The position numbers and the translations under genes were made by a program. Below are positions 57,701 to 64,000 of a stretch of DNA of 64,000 nt, piece after piece (within the stretch, counting starts at the first letter, position 1; each line of letters starts with the position of its first letter). The DNA is from a virus (Duplodnaviria; Caudoviricetes), in IMG/VR virus record IMGVR_UViG_2627853766_000003; one strand, 5' to 3'. The notes beneath the pieces were generated by a model. That model was not told the origin of the DNA and did not search any database. It worked only from the letters and a program-made list of their open reading frames with translations.

Positions 57701-57714
57701 ATAAACAGCGGTAA
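51703..57714 (+). CDS. Large internal virion polyvalent protein (GNAT and HExxH metallopeptidase-like domains)
   Basis: 2003 aa; I.VPEGERGEGKGT...L..FYKRFGF; ADLSTFLHESSH. Confidence 0.85.
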   Translation: MMADTDFESFLQQSQAPAQPGAAPAAPAIAAPAPATAAKADPFESFLASQKQQTDAQTLQQAQAVAVTNSTASSDTAARAAKIAPQVNAPQAAIETDLPRYEAQAKAQDNAAVMAQSPQMAKWAVANPDAARVAQDDLGKMSTMETLLGAASDSGANFVKQLGNSFNSAAMGINRLVGYTITASDMAQGTNTAAWWNQHMIAPLEQAQPAFAEAPGLPFGAKAAGVLGNLTGMLSQITLTGGGGAVAGPAAEAASVAGRVGQAVGHGAKAMAFPALTAAVNTGHDVYAQTGDIGKAIEASQMQYATSTLGGIVPLGMAGNLAARVASGFISGAATGEVSRQAMNLVLPQKQEFDPEQMLLSGLSGAVLGGAMGPRAGDTGMHEAVRQVYQDAVQAETAEQGGQKMEQLGQLAGGMKLREADPAAFKQFVQQISENSSLQDVYVDGRTFADALQQSKVDVNEMPGMADQLEEAARTGGDVQIPVSDYLTHIAGTDLEPQLLPNLKAEAGGVTYAEGQQYYADTANGMQDKANEIVAQKQTSLDTQTDVNSIGDKLFEQMKATGRFPDDVSRASVVPVQEFYRTMADRMGVKPSELYEQYPLTIKGEDIGGQSLRQSEPPASLDDLTKQFSDAGLNASISEKNGIITLSKIIVPEGERGEGKGTAAMQALVDYADRTGQHVTLSPSADFGGNKKQLTDFYKRFGFVENKGKNRAFSTSESMYREAPGKVLHQASRGAFDPDTNTVALLKDADLSTFLHESSHFYLSTLGDLAGREGAPQELKDDMHTALTWMGGKDLTDWQGRTLEQQRDMHEKFAKGFETYLMEGKAPTTALQSLFSRFRSWMLNVYQSVRNLGTDLSPEVRGVFDRLLASRDAIQQSERARGYFPLDLSQSGATDKQMADYANLGDQATQSAINEMQARSLKDMQWASNAKNKALKALQRQHNDARREIQEQVMKELQAEPINRAREFLKTGETVDPQTGEKIKTEKGFKLNTDMAKELAPDANLRGLTSKDGMPPDMVADMFGFRNGAELVRNLAEGADMKELVARLTDQRMLEQHGELVDPQSVEMAANEAVHNEARAKFIATGLKLLTKSPVPSREITRAATEVANNSIAAKKVGDLNPRMYEVAEAKANKEAISQAAKDPAAAVKAQRDALLNNRLAKAATDAVAEIKKIVASQKKFDKDSIRNNFDPDILNQIDALRERFDFRQNPPEGPTKAETSLETWIQSQQALGYSPLVNADMLDQSLRMHYKDMTVEQIRGFNDTIRSLETVARERKQITIDGKHVALDAVVSDLVDKMQQRGDKFTLKDIVEPPRAGVDSLYQVGLSKAAAFIRGAAVELKPQQFKANQFDMHEILGPFSKSIFERVFDANYRKVDMLKGLSDQFRAAVKGELGNDWQDSLHDLVPNSTLLDADLTKSAGTPVYRRLTRGDMLGIARHVGNESNFDKLTKGMEWDPKDVWSFLHDNMIDKDWRATQITWDAFEKHWPDMVEMNKRLGNTSPDQIESRPFQTNFGDMRGGYAPIDYDPVRSRLAVKKSDSSAIDPSEGLFKGNYFRADTTTNGSLNSRTASYYDRLNLDYHSIERRLHDTVHDLAYREALLDTHKILANKDFRRQFQLSFGPEQYKSMQEWIGNIANSQNSDGQMSKLQSIMASSRRAIVANGIALRVSTVLKHGGSAGFKTAGYFSGGGEKYLAGRMAAMATNHAGEVASAVLKFPEIRARLMQQDRDYRQTASSLFEPESMHSKAERFGHSAVAWADQLTAVPTAWAAYDRAITEGIPVNRGGTGKPMSDEDAVKYASQIVREAHGSNIESSRSLLMQNKNEAVKAMTTLYGFMNNTLGQNMDMADKFKTAGFSKPEVLSRYLMAMIVPALWAGVLARPNKEEGWAHWAAGAITGEYAGMVPMVRNAWSAVEGYNSAGEPAYMSVLGTIAKPIMDIKKALTGGEVKAPIKDAGNAIGLIAPGGGQLGTTAQYLSDIFSGKEQPENAEDWARGVLLGQHKQR

Positions 57715-57800
57715 TTTTAAAACCAAATTCTTGCGTAAGTTCGGCTCACCTTAACCCAGCCATCCCGCGCAAATGCAAGGCCAAACTTAAAAGGCCTTCC

Positions 57801-59960
57801 ATGACAGTCTCTACCACAACGAACAGCGTTACCGCTCAGGGTAACGGGCTGACGAATACATTCAGTTTTAATTTTCCGGTTCCACTGGTTTCCGATCTGG
57901 TGGTGACCTACGTCGATTCTGTGGGAAATGCAACTGTCCTCACCACTGCGCAATATAGTGTGACAGGCATCGGCCAGTCGACTGGAGGCGCGGTTACCTA
58001 TCCGCTTTCTGGTAGCCCTATTGCTACTGGGACTTCTCTGATTATTAAGCGCCAGGTTCCATTGCAGCAGCTTACTAGCCTGGTCAACCAGTCCGGCTAC
58101 TACCCCGATGTGGTGGAGGGGGCGCTGGATAATCTTGAAATGCAGATTCAGCAGATTGCTGGCAGCACCACGCTGAGCAGGGCGCTGACCTTCCCAATTC
58201 AAGACATCAACCCGACAACGGTATTGCCGCAGGCATCACTGCGCGCAAACAACCTGCTGAGCTTTGACGGCAATGGAAATCCCATCGCTATCGCGCCGGC
58301 GTCTCAAAGTGCCACGGCACTGCAAACTCTGCTTGCAACGTCGGCAGGGTCCAGCCTTATCGGATTTCTTCAGAGTGGAACAGGAGCAGTTTCACGCACA
58401 GCGCAAAGCAAGATGCGTGAGAGTATCAGCGCGATGGATTTTGGCGTTGTCGGGAATGGGATTGCTGATGACACTGTAGCTCTTGGCCAGGCAAGAGATG
58501 CTGCTAACGCAGCGAATAAACGGCTCTACCTACCGGCTGGCACGTATCTTATTTCCTCCGATTTCATCCCACCCAATGCCGGTATGTATGGCGATAGTCA
58601 GCAGTCAACCTACATTCTTTGCAACGGATGTTCGGCAGTAAAGATCCCGATCACAATGCCGCTCGGGCGCGCTGCCTGCGTGATTGAAAAGCTCAGCTTG
58701 ATCGCCGTGGGGACTACTTGCACCGGTATCACGGCGATTAATATTCCTGGCGTTGCATCTGGTGCGCACAGCGCATTCATCAGCGGCCTGATTATCCGCG
58801 ACATCTACATGGGCGCCAACGGAAATGTGTTCGGAACTGGTATCTATGCGAAGGACATCTTTTTGTTGATGGTCGAGGATGTGGTGATGACGAACGTTGT
58901 CAATCCTTGCATTGTCGCAGGTAAGGTTGTGCAGTCGATGTGGCGCAATGTGGTTGCATACAACACTGGGACTGGAATAGGATTTCAGACAGTCATTGCT
59001 ACGTATTCGGATATTTCAGGCAATCAAGGTCCTGAGCATCTGACAACTATAGATTGCTGCTGGATCTCGTTCGCGCGTGGCATTAACCATACCGCCGGCA
59101 GCTTGATGATTGCCTTCATCGATACTGACATCCAGTCCGTGAACTACGGCGCTATCCTGCAGGCACCATGCTACATGCACGGCGGCCTGGTCGGCGCCGA
59201 TCCACTTTCGTCAGCCTGGAGCGGTATCTATATCCCGACTTACTCTTCAGATCCGTCGGGTGGTATCGTTTTGCGCGACATTGAAATCAATCCGCTCAGT
59301 TTGGTCGGCAACCCAACATCTACATTCTTAATGAATCTGGGGGATAACGTTACGGCACTCCCTGGCATTGTTATCAGTGGGTGCCGTTTCCGCTTTGGTG
59401 CATCAGGCGGTTATGGGAACGCGATCTTTGGCCGGAAATTAGCCAGCGTAGTCATCGAGGATTGTCTTTTCGATGCGAATGTTTTGGGTGACGTATTGAA
59501 TCTGACAGGCGTGACGCATGCTGTGATCCAAAGAAATATTGGCACGGCCACCAGCTCGATGACATTCTCAGACGATGGAACAACTTCGGCGTATGGGTCG
59601 ATCAGCGATAACATCTTCGGCCAGGGCTTCACGACGCTCACATTAAATTCCCCGCGCCGTTGGAATATTGCGCGTACCGGTGGCAATACAGATTCCCCAT
59701 CCGGCCCTACCTTTACTGGGCCATGGACAGTTGGTTCCGTCTTGAATAATGCGTTCGCTTCGGGGATTTTTACAGTCGCTGGCGCAATCGTAGGTGACAA
59801 GGTATCCGTCGGGCTGACGACTCAGCAGGGAACCGCATACGCCATCATCAGCGGCTATGTAAGTGCGACCAACGCAGTAACGGTGATGGTCTACAACATT
59901 TCGGGGGCTACGCTCACTTTCCCGGCCGGTACGGTAAATATTTCTGTCTTTAAATCGTAG
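57801..59960 (+). CDS. Tailspike with putative beta-helix depolymerase domain
   Basis: N-terminal GNG.T..F.F.F tail-attachment domain; DFG..G.G..DDT...LYLPAGTY; beta-helix-like repeats. Confidence 0.85.
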   Translation: MTVSTTTNSVTAQGNGLTNTFSFNFPVPLVSDLVVTYVDSVGNATVLTTAQYSVTGIGQSTGGAVTYPLSGSPIATGTSLIIKRQVPLQQLTSLVNQSGYYPDVVEGALDNLEMQIQQIAGSTTLSRALTFPIQDINPTTVLPQASLRANNLLSFDGNGNPIAIAPASQSATALQTLLATSAGSSLIGFLQSGTGAVSRTAQSKMRESISAMDFGVVGNGIADDTVALGQARDAANAANKRLYLPAGTYLISSDFIPPNAGMYGDSQQSTYILCNGCSAVKIPITMPLGRAACVIEKLSLIAVGTTCTGITAINIPGVASGAHSAFISGLIIRDIYMGANGNVFGTGIYAKDIFLLMVEDVVMTNVVNPCIVAGKVVQSMWRNVVAYNTGTGIGFQTVIATYSDISGNQGPEHLTTIDCCWISFARGINHTAGSLMIAFIDTDIQSVNYGAILQAPCYMHGGLVGADPLSSAWSGIYIPTYSSDPSGGIVLRDIEINPLSLVGNPTSTFLMNLGDNVTALPGIVISGCRFRFGASGGYGNAIFGRKLASVVIEDCLFDANVLGDVLNLTGVTHAVIQRNIGTATSSMTFSDDGTTSAYGSISDNIFGQGFTTLTLNSPRRWNIARTGGNTDSPSGPTFTGPWTVGSVLNNAFASGIFTVAGAIVGDKVSVGLTTQQGTAYAIISGYVSATNAVTVMVYNISGATLTFPAGTVNISVFKS

Positions 59961-59965
59961 GTGCC

Positions 59966-60193
59966 ATGATGAAAAAATACTTTTGGAATCTGCTTATTGC
60001 CATCGATCAAATGGCGAACACGATCTTGATGGGAGATCCGCAGGAAACTATTTCAAGCAGAGCAGATAAGGCCATGCGAGAAGGAAAACAATGGGGATGC
60101 ATCCTCTGTAAATTTCTTTCCATGATTCAGAAGAATCACTGTCAGAAGTCTATCGAGCCGAATGCTGGCTCTAATGCAGTCATTCCGGATTGA
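59966..60193 (+). CDS. Conserved small phage protein
   Basis: LIAIDQ.AN....GDP.ETISSR...C..L......HC. Confidence 0.7.
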   Translation: MMKKYFWNLLIAIDQMANTILMGDPQETISSRADKAMREGKQWGCILCKFLSMIQKNHCQKSIEPNAGSNAVIPD

Positions 60194-60199
60194 GAAACC

Positions 60200-60394
60200 A
60201 TGGAACATTTAAAACACACTTTGGATGCTTTTCTCGGATTTGCCACACTGGCTAATTTCGTTAAATTGATCCTCGTCGGATTCTCCGTCCTACCAACCGT
60301 GATGACCGTGATATCGACGGGATTAGCGATCATCTGGTATGTGATGCAGATCCGCAAACATTTGCGCAATAAAAAGGAGATGAGCGATGATTAA
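60200..60394 (+). CDS. Putative holin
   Basis: Small, hydrophobic, basic C-terminus, overlaps the lysozyme start. Confidence 0.6.
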   Translation: MEHLKHTLDAFLGFATLANFVKLILVGFSVLPTVMTVISTGLAIIWYVMQIRKHLRNKKEMSDD

Positions 60395-60866
60395 CTTCGA
60401 CGATGCGTTTGCAGCTCTGATCGGGATCGAGGGCGGCTATAGTAATAATTCAGCGGATCCTGGCGGCGAAACTATGTACGGCATCACCAAGCGCGTAGCC
60501 ATGCAGAACGGCTACACCGGAGACATGCGCTTGCTGCAGCTGGAACAGGCCAAGAGTATCGCCAAAAAATGCTACTGGGATCTCTACCAGTGCGATCAGT
60601 TTGATATCCGCATTGGATATCAGATCTTTGATACGGCATACAACGGTGGCCACCCGGCGCAGTGGCTTCAGGCTGCTGCTGGCGTTACGGTAGATGGAGC
60701 TATTGGTGCCCAAACTATCTCGGCGGTGCGCGGCTCGGATCCGTTAAAGATCGTTATGCGGTTCTGTGCCAACCGTGCACGGTATTACAGCTCACTGAAT
60801 AACATGACTTTCATCAATGGCTGGGTCAACCGCCTGGCGAAGAACCTTGATATAGGAGCAGCATAA
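60387..60866 (+). CDS. GH108 family endolysin
   Basis: EGGYSN...DPGGET.YGIT...FD.AYN.G...DG.IG.QT...F..GW.NR. Confidence 0.92.
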   Translation: MINFDDAFAALIGIEGGYSNNSADPGGETMYGITKRVAMQNGYTGDMRLLQLEQAKSIAKKCYWDLYQCDQFDIRIGYQIFDTAYNGGHPAQWLQAAAGVTVDGAIGAQTISAVRGSDPLKIVMRFCANRARYYSSLNNMTFINGWVNRLAKNLDIGAA

Positions 60867-61486
60867 TGGACTGGTCTAGCGCACTTGGCGTCGTTGAAAA
60901 ACTCGCCCCCATGATTGCCACCGGCGTCGGTGGTCCTCTTGCTGGCGGTGCCATGGCGGCGCTGGAATCTGTTTTCAATCTGACGCCGGCGGCTGATGTG
61001 ACAGCAGACACCCGGCAAAGCCAGCTTGCCGCGGCAATCTCTGGCGCCACACCCGATCAGTTGCTGGCGATGACGCAGGCAAACCAGAACTACCAGTTGC
61101 AGATGGCGACGGTCGGCTTCAAGGATAAGGAGGCGCTAGCAGCTCTTGCTCAGCAGCAGACGCTGGCTTATGTCAGCGACACCCAGGATGCGCGCAAGTA
61201 CACCAGCAACAAGGTATTTTGGCTTGGCATCGCTGTGCTGACCACCTTTGCTGTTGTGATGGTAATGGCACTCGTCGGCTGCTATGAGGTGTTGACCGGT
61301 GGTATCACGATCAAGGATGTCGCTGTGGTGGCAGCGGTGGCCGGTCTGATCGGTTCCGTGGTTGGATATGTTGCCGCGAATGCCCAGCAGGTGATTGGTT
61401 ATTTTTTCGGCTCCAGCGCCGGCAGTGAATCAAAGACGACTGCCATGGCAGACAGCCTGAAGAATGCCATCAGCGCACAAAAGTAG
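60866..61486 (+). CDS. Lysis-module membrane protein (holin-like)
   Basis: AP.IAT..GGPLAG...D..DAR, two TM segments, YFFGSSAGS..K. Confidence 0.75.
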   Translation: MDWSSALGVVEKLAPMIATGVGGPLAGGAMAALESVFNLTPAADVTADTRQSQLAAAISGATPDQLLAMTQANQNYQLQMATVGFKDKEALAALAQQQTLAYVSDTQDARKYTSNKVFWLGIAVLTTFAVVMVMALVGCYEVLTGGITIKDVAVVAAVAGLIGSVVGYVAANAQQVIGYFFGSSAGSESKTTAMADSLKNAISAQK

Positions 61487-61504
61487 ATAGCCGATGGTAG
61501 CAAG

Positions 61505-62671
61505 CTACGGTAATTCCTGCTCCATAGAATAATTGTACCGCTCTGTTCGTTCCCTGCCATCTCCAATATCTGTCGAGTAGATGGATTCAATGACCGACTG
61601 GTATGGTATATACGGCTCTGCCGCATCGTTGTTCAGCATCTTCACAAGCGCGGCTATGCTGAGTGCAAATGTAGCAACGAGTTGGATTGCTCTGTGATTT
61701 ATTTTTATTGTTCCCCAGGTCTTATATAGCAAGATAGCCTGCGCAATGATGACGAAGTATTGAACTCGATTCCATAGCAACGGGAATTGCCAGAAGAGAG
61801 CTTCAACGAAGATCATCAGCAACAATGAAAGCATCAGAGCCTTTTCAACCTTCGATTGAACATCGATCGTTTTTGCAAAATAGAGAAACGAAAACACGTT
61901 GAGAAGTAGGTAGGCGATGGCGCCGATGCTCTTAGGGAATGTCCCGATATTCAAATAAAATTGCAGCTTGCTCACAATCAAACTAAGGCCGATTGCATTG
62001 GCCGCAGTTCCAATCATTCCAAACAAGCTGAAGTCAGCAAAATAAAGAACCAGCAATGCCGCCATAATCGGCATTCGGTATCGGATAATTTTTTTGTAAG
62101 TGAAAGTACAAAAAATCGGTATGAACATCAAGACAGAATATTGAAATCCGACGCCGGCCAGCAACAATAGAACGGTCGATGGATACTTTGACTTGTCGAA
62201 GCGTATCAGCGAAAGCATCAAGAACGATAATGCAATCGACTGCCGCATGATCCCCATTTGCCCTATCAGGTATGACCAGCAGAAATAGATTGAAAAAGCG
62301 AGGATGACGCTTGCGCGGCAATGTCGGATAAATTTGTAAAACACTATTCCATTGAAGAGCGCGACGACAAAATATAATTCCTGGATGGAGCCGCCGAACT
62401 CTTTGATTATCGAAAGCAAAAGAATAAATAACGGCTCCATTTGATTGATGGAGGCCGGCAAATCCGTGATGGAAAAATCAAAGAGAGAGGGGGCATCATT
62501 GAGCGCGGATTCGTAGGCAATCCAGTCATAGCCGGTCTCAAGCCTAAAGCCGGCTAGCGCCACGAAAGCGGCAACTGCGATCAACGCCAGCATCTTGTTT
62601 TCTTTTGTTTTAGATACGCCGCTGAGCGCCATTGCCCAAAATATGAGCGCCATAAATATATAGAATGTCAA
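61505..62671 (-). CDS. EpsG/Wzy-like polysaccharide polymerase (moron)
   Basis: Polytopic membrane protein; GFR...GYDW..Y, EPLF, MRQSIA, NR..YF, PY.S; low GC, opposite strand to the late genes. Confidence 0.8.
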   Translation of the reverse strand: MTFYIFMALIFWAMALSGVSKTKENKMLALIAVAAFVALAGFRLETGYDWIAYESALNDAPSLFDFSITDLPASINQMEPLFILLLSIIKEFGGSIQELYFVVALFNGIVFYKFIRHCRASVILAFSIYFCWSYLIGQMGIMRQSIALSFLMLSLIRFDKSKYPSTVLLLLAGVGFQYSVLMFIPIFCTFTYKKIIRYRMPIMAALLVLYFADFSLFGMIGTAANAIGLSLIVSKLQFYLNIGTFPKSIGAIAYLLLNVFSFLYFAKTIDVQSKVEKALMLSLLLMIFVEALFWQFPLLWNRVQYFVIIAQAILLYKTWGTIKINHRAIQLVATFALSIAALVKMLNNDAAEPYIPYQSVIESIYSTDIGDGRERTERYNYSMEQELP

Positions 62672-62706
62672 ATCATCACCACTATTTAATTGCCTTAAAA
62701 GAAATA

Positions 62707-62889
62707 TTATAGCCGATGATTCGGCATGGACTGTTCCAAAGCCTCATGCGCGGCATTATATTCGATGCGCGCCGCAGCAATCTCAGCGTTCGGGCGTCCC
62801 TGCATCGACAGGATCTCATGTACCGCTTTCTTGTCGCGCAGCTCAGCAGCAAGTTGCGCTATGGTCTTTCTTTTTGCCGAGATCAACAT
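62707..62889 (-). CDS. Small hypothetical protein downstream of the integrase
   Basis: GGAGG RBS before MLISAKRK. Confidence 0.45.
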   Translation of the reverse strand: MLISAKRKTIAQLAAELRDKKAVHEILSMQGRPNAEIAAARIEYNAAHEALEQSMPNHRL

Positions 62890-62911
62890 AAGCCCTCCCT
62901 GGGCACCGATA

Positions 62912-63919
62912 TCATGTAATCCGCTTGGCAATATCTGCCGCGCTGGCGTTGTAGTAGACCAGCGCCTGGTCGAGCTTGGTCCATCCGAACATTTTGCAGA
63001 GATCGAAAACTGCCTGCTGCACCGGAATATTGGTCGACTTCATCCGGCCCGAGATCCAAGTTGCCGCGGTGTGCCGGGAATCGTGAAAAGTGAAACCTTC
63101 CATTTTTGCTTTGTCCCGCGCGCGCCGGAAGAATGCATCCAGCGTCTGCGCTTTCAAACCGAAGACCAAATCAGCATCGAATCCGCGCATCTGATCGATG
63201 ATTTCCGTAGCCTTCGGTGTCAGCGGAACATCGCGGACATTTCCATTCTTTGTTTTTGGCAGCCGGCAATACCCATCAAACACGAATCGCCACTCAAGGC
63301 GGCATAGTTCTCCAGCGCGCATGCCAGTGCGCAGCGCCAGCAGGAAGCAGCAAGCCGCTGCCTGCGATACCGTCCTGACTTTCCCCTTTGCATAACCAAG
63401 ATTCCGCAGGATGCGCTTGATCTGGGGCCTAGTGATCACAGTTTCCCTATGTTTCGGCTTCTTGGGCTTGCGCATGTCGCGCATCGGGTTCTGCTCGATC
63501 CAGCGCCACTCGCGCCTTGCGGACTCAAACAGGTCGGAAAGCAGGCTGATTTCGCGCAGTACGGTTCCGGGCTTGACGACTGTAAGGCGATCGATACGCC
63601 ATTCTGTCATATCGTCGGGGGTAACTTCGCCTATGGGCTTCATCAATGGCAGCTTGTGCCGCTCGAATGCTTTCAGCCGCAGCACCTCCCAGCGTTCGCC
63701 GTCTTTCTCCGGAGACACCTCTTTAGCATATTTTTGGAAAGCATCCAACAAGGTGTACTTGCTGGCCTGCGGCGTGTTCTTCGCGGAGCGCATCTCAGTT
63801 TCCCGGCGCGCTGCCCATGACTCGGCCTCGCGTTTGCTCTTGAAGGATTTGCTCTCGCGATGGCCGAGAATGGCAATCTGAGCCTTCCAGCTTGTGTTGA
63901 CTTTCTGAATACTTGCCAT
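62912..63919 (-). CDS. Prophage tyrosine integrase
   Basis: MASIQK...W.AQI...SK.F..K.EA..WA; TGMR.GE, TKNG..R.VPL, FHDSRH. Confidence 0.93.
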   Translation of the reverse strand: MASIQKVNTSWKAQIAILGHRESKSFKSKREAESWAARRETEMRSAKNTPQASKYTLLDAFQKYAKEVSPEKDGERWEVLRLKAFERHKLPLMKPIGEVTPDDMTEWRIDRLTVVKPGTVLREISLLSDLFESARREWRWIEQNPMRDMRKPKKPKHRETVITRPQIKRILRNLGYAKGKVRTVSQAAACCFLLALRTGMRAGELCRLEWRFVFDGYCRLPKTKNGNVRDVPLTPKATEIIDQMRGFDADLVFGLKAQTLDAFFRRARDKAKMEGFTFHDSRHTAATWISGRMKSTNIPVQQAVFDLCKMFGWTKLDQALVYYNASAADIAKRIT

Positions 63920-63921
63920 GG

Positions 63922-63964
63922 AGGTGTAAATCGAAGTGTAGAAAAGGTGTAGTGAAGTGTAATT
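63922..63964. promoter_or_regulatory. Putative integrase arm-type sites, right end
   Basis: AGGTGTAAAT, AAGTGTAGAA, AGGTGTAGTG, AAGTGTAATT in tandem. Confidence 0.6.
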
Positions 63965-64000
63965 TAATATCGCTATGACTGATATATATTTCCACTGCAC

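Larger units (their letters stand above)
19975..64000. mobile_element. Temperate podovirus prophage (BPP-1/epsilon15-like virion genes, lambdoid immunity); right att beyond the window
   Basis: xis, recombination, cI/cro/cII, replication, terminase, portal, capsid, tail, internal proteins, tailspike, lysis, integrase in coherent order. Confidence 0.92.

Noticed and set aside
57801-64000. Diversity-generating retroelement, as in BPP-1
   Set aside because: No reverse transcriptase ORF and no template/variable repeat pair seen near the tailspike.
1-64000. CRISPR array or cas genes
   Set aside because: No regularly spaced repeats with unique spacers and no cas-like ORFs noticed.

Overview
This window looks like a betaproteobacterial chromosome segment (probably Oxalobacteraceae, inferred from the 1967-2281 protein family) with three zones. 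(1) 1-2.5 kb: the 3' end of a CdiA/filamentous-hemagglutinin-like toxin gene, small membrane ORFs that may be immunity genes, and a conserved HTH-like gene. (2) About 2.7-20 kb: a capsid-less, phage-satellite-like island. It encodes a P4-type integrase, AlpA proteins, lambda O/P-like replication genes, an HGGxSTG-like protein, and tape-measure-like and tail-initiator-like genes. A transposase-less 3.8-kb cassette (27-bp inverted repeats, 7-bp target duplication) carrying a 1149-aa gene has inserted into it. (3) About 20-64 kb: an apparently near-complete temperate podovirus prophage with a BPP-1/epsilon15-like virion module, a lambdoid cI/cro/cII switch, RecT/YqaJ recombination, a tailspike, GH108 lysis, an EpsG/Wzy-like moron and an integrase. 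It begins at a tRNA 3'-end att remnant; its right att lies beyond the window. The most interesting signals are: a C-terminal peptide motif shared by the scaffold and several small head-region proteins (possible capsid cargo-loading tag), a 139-nt tRNA-mimic RNA with an expanded anticodon arm, a dual-frame C5 methyltransferase, the non-autonomous transposon, and a satellite with tail genes but no capsid genes. All calls come from reading motifs by eye; no database searches were run.
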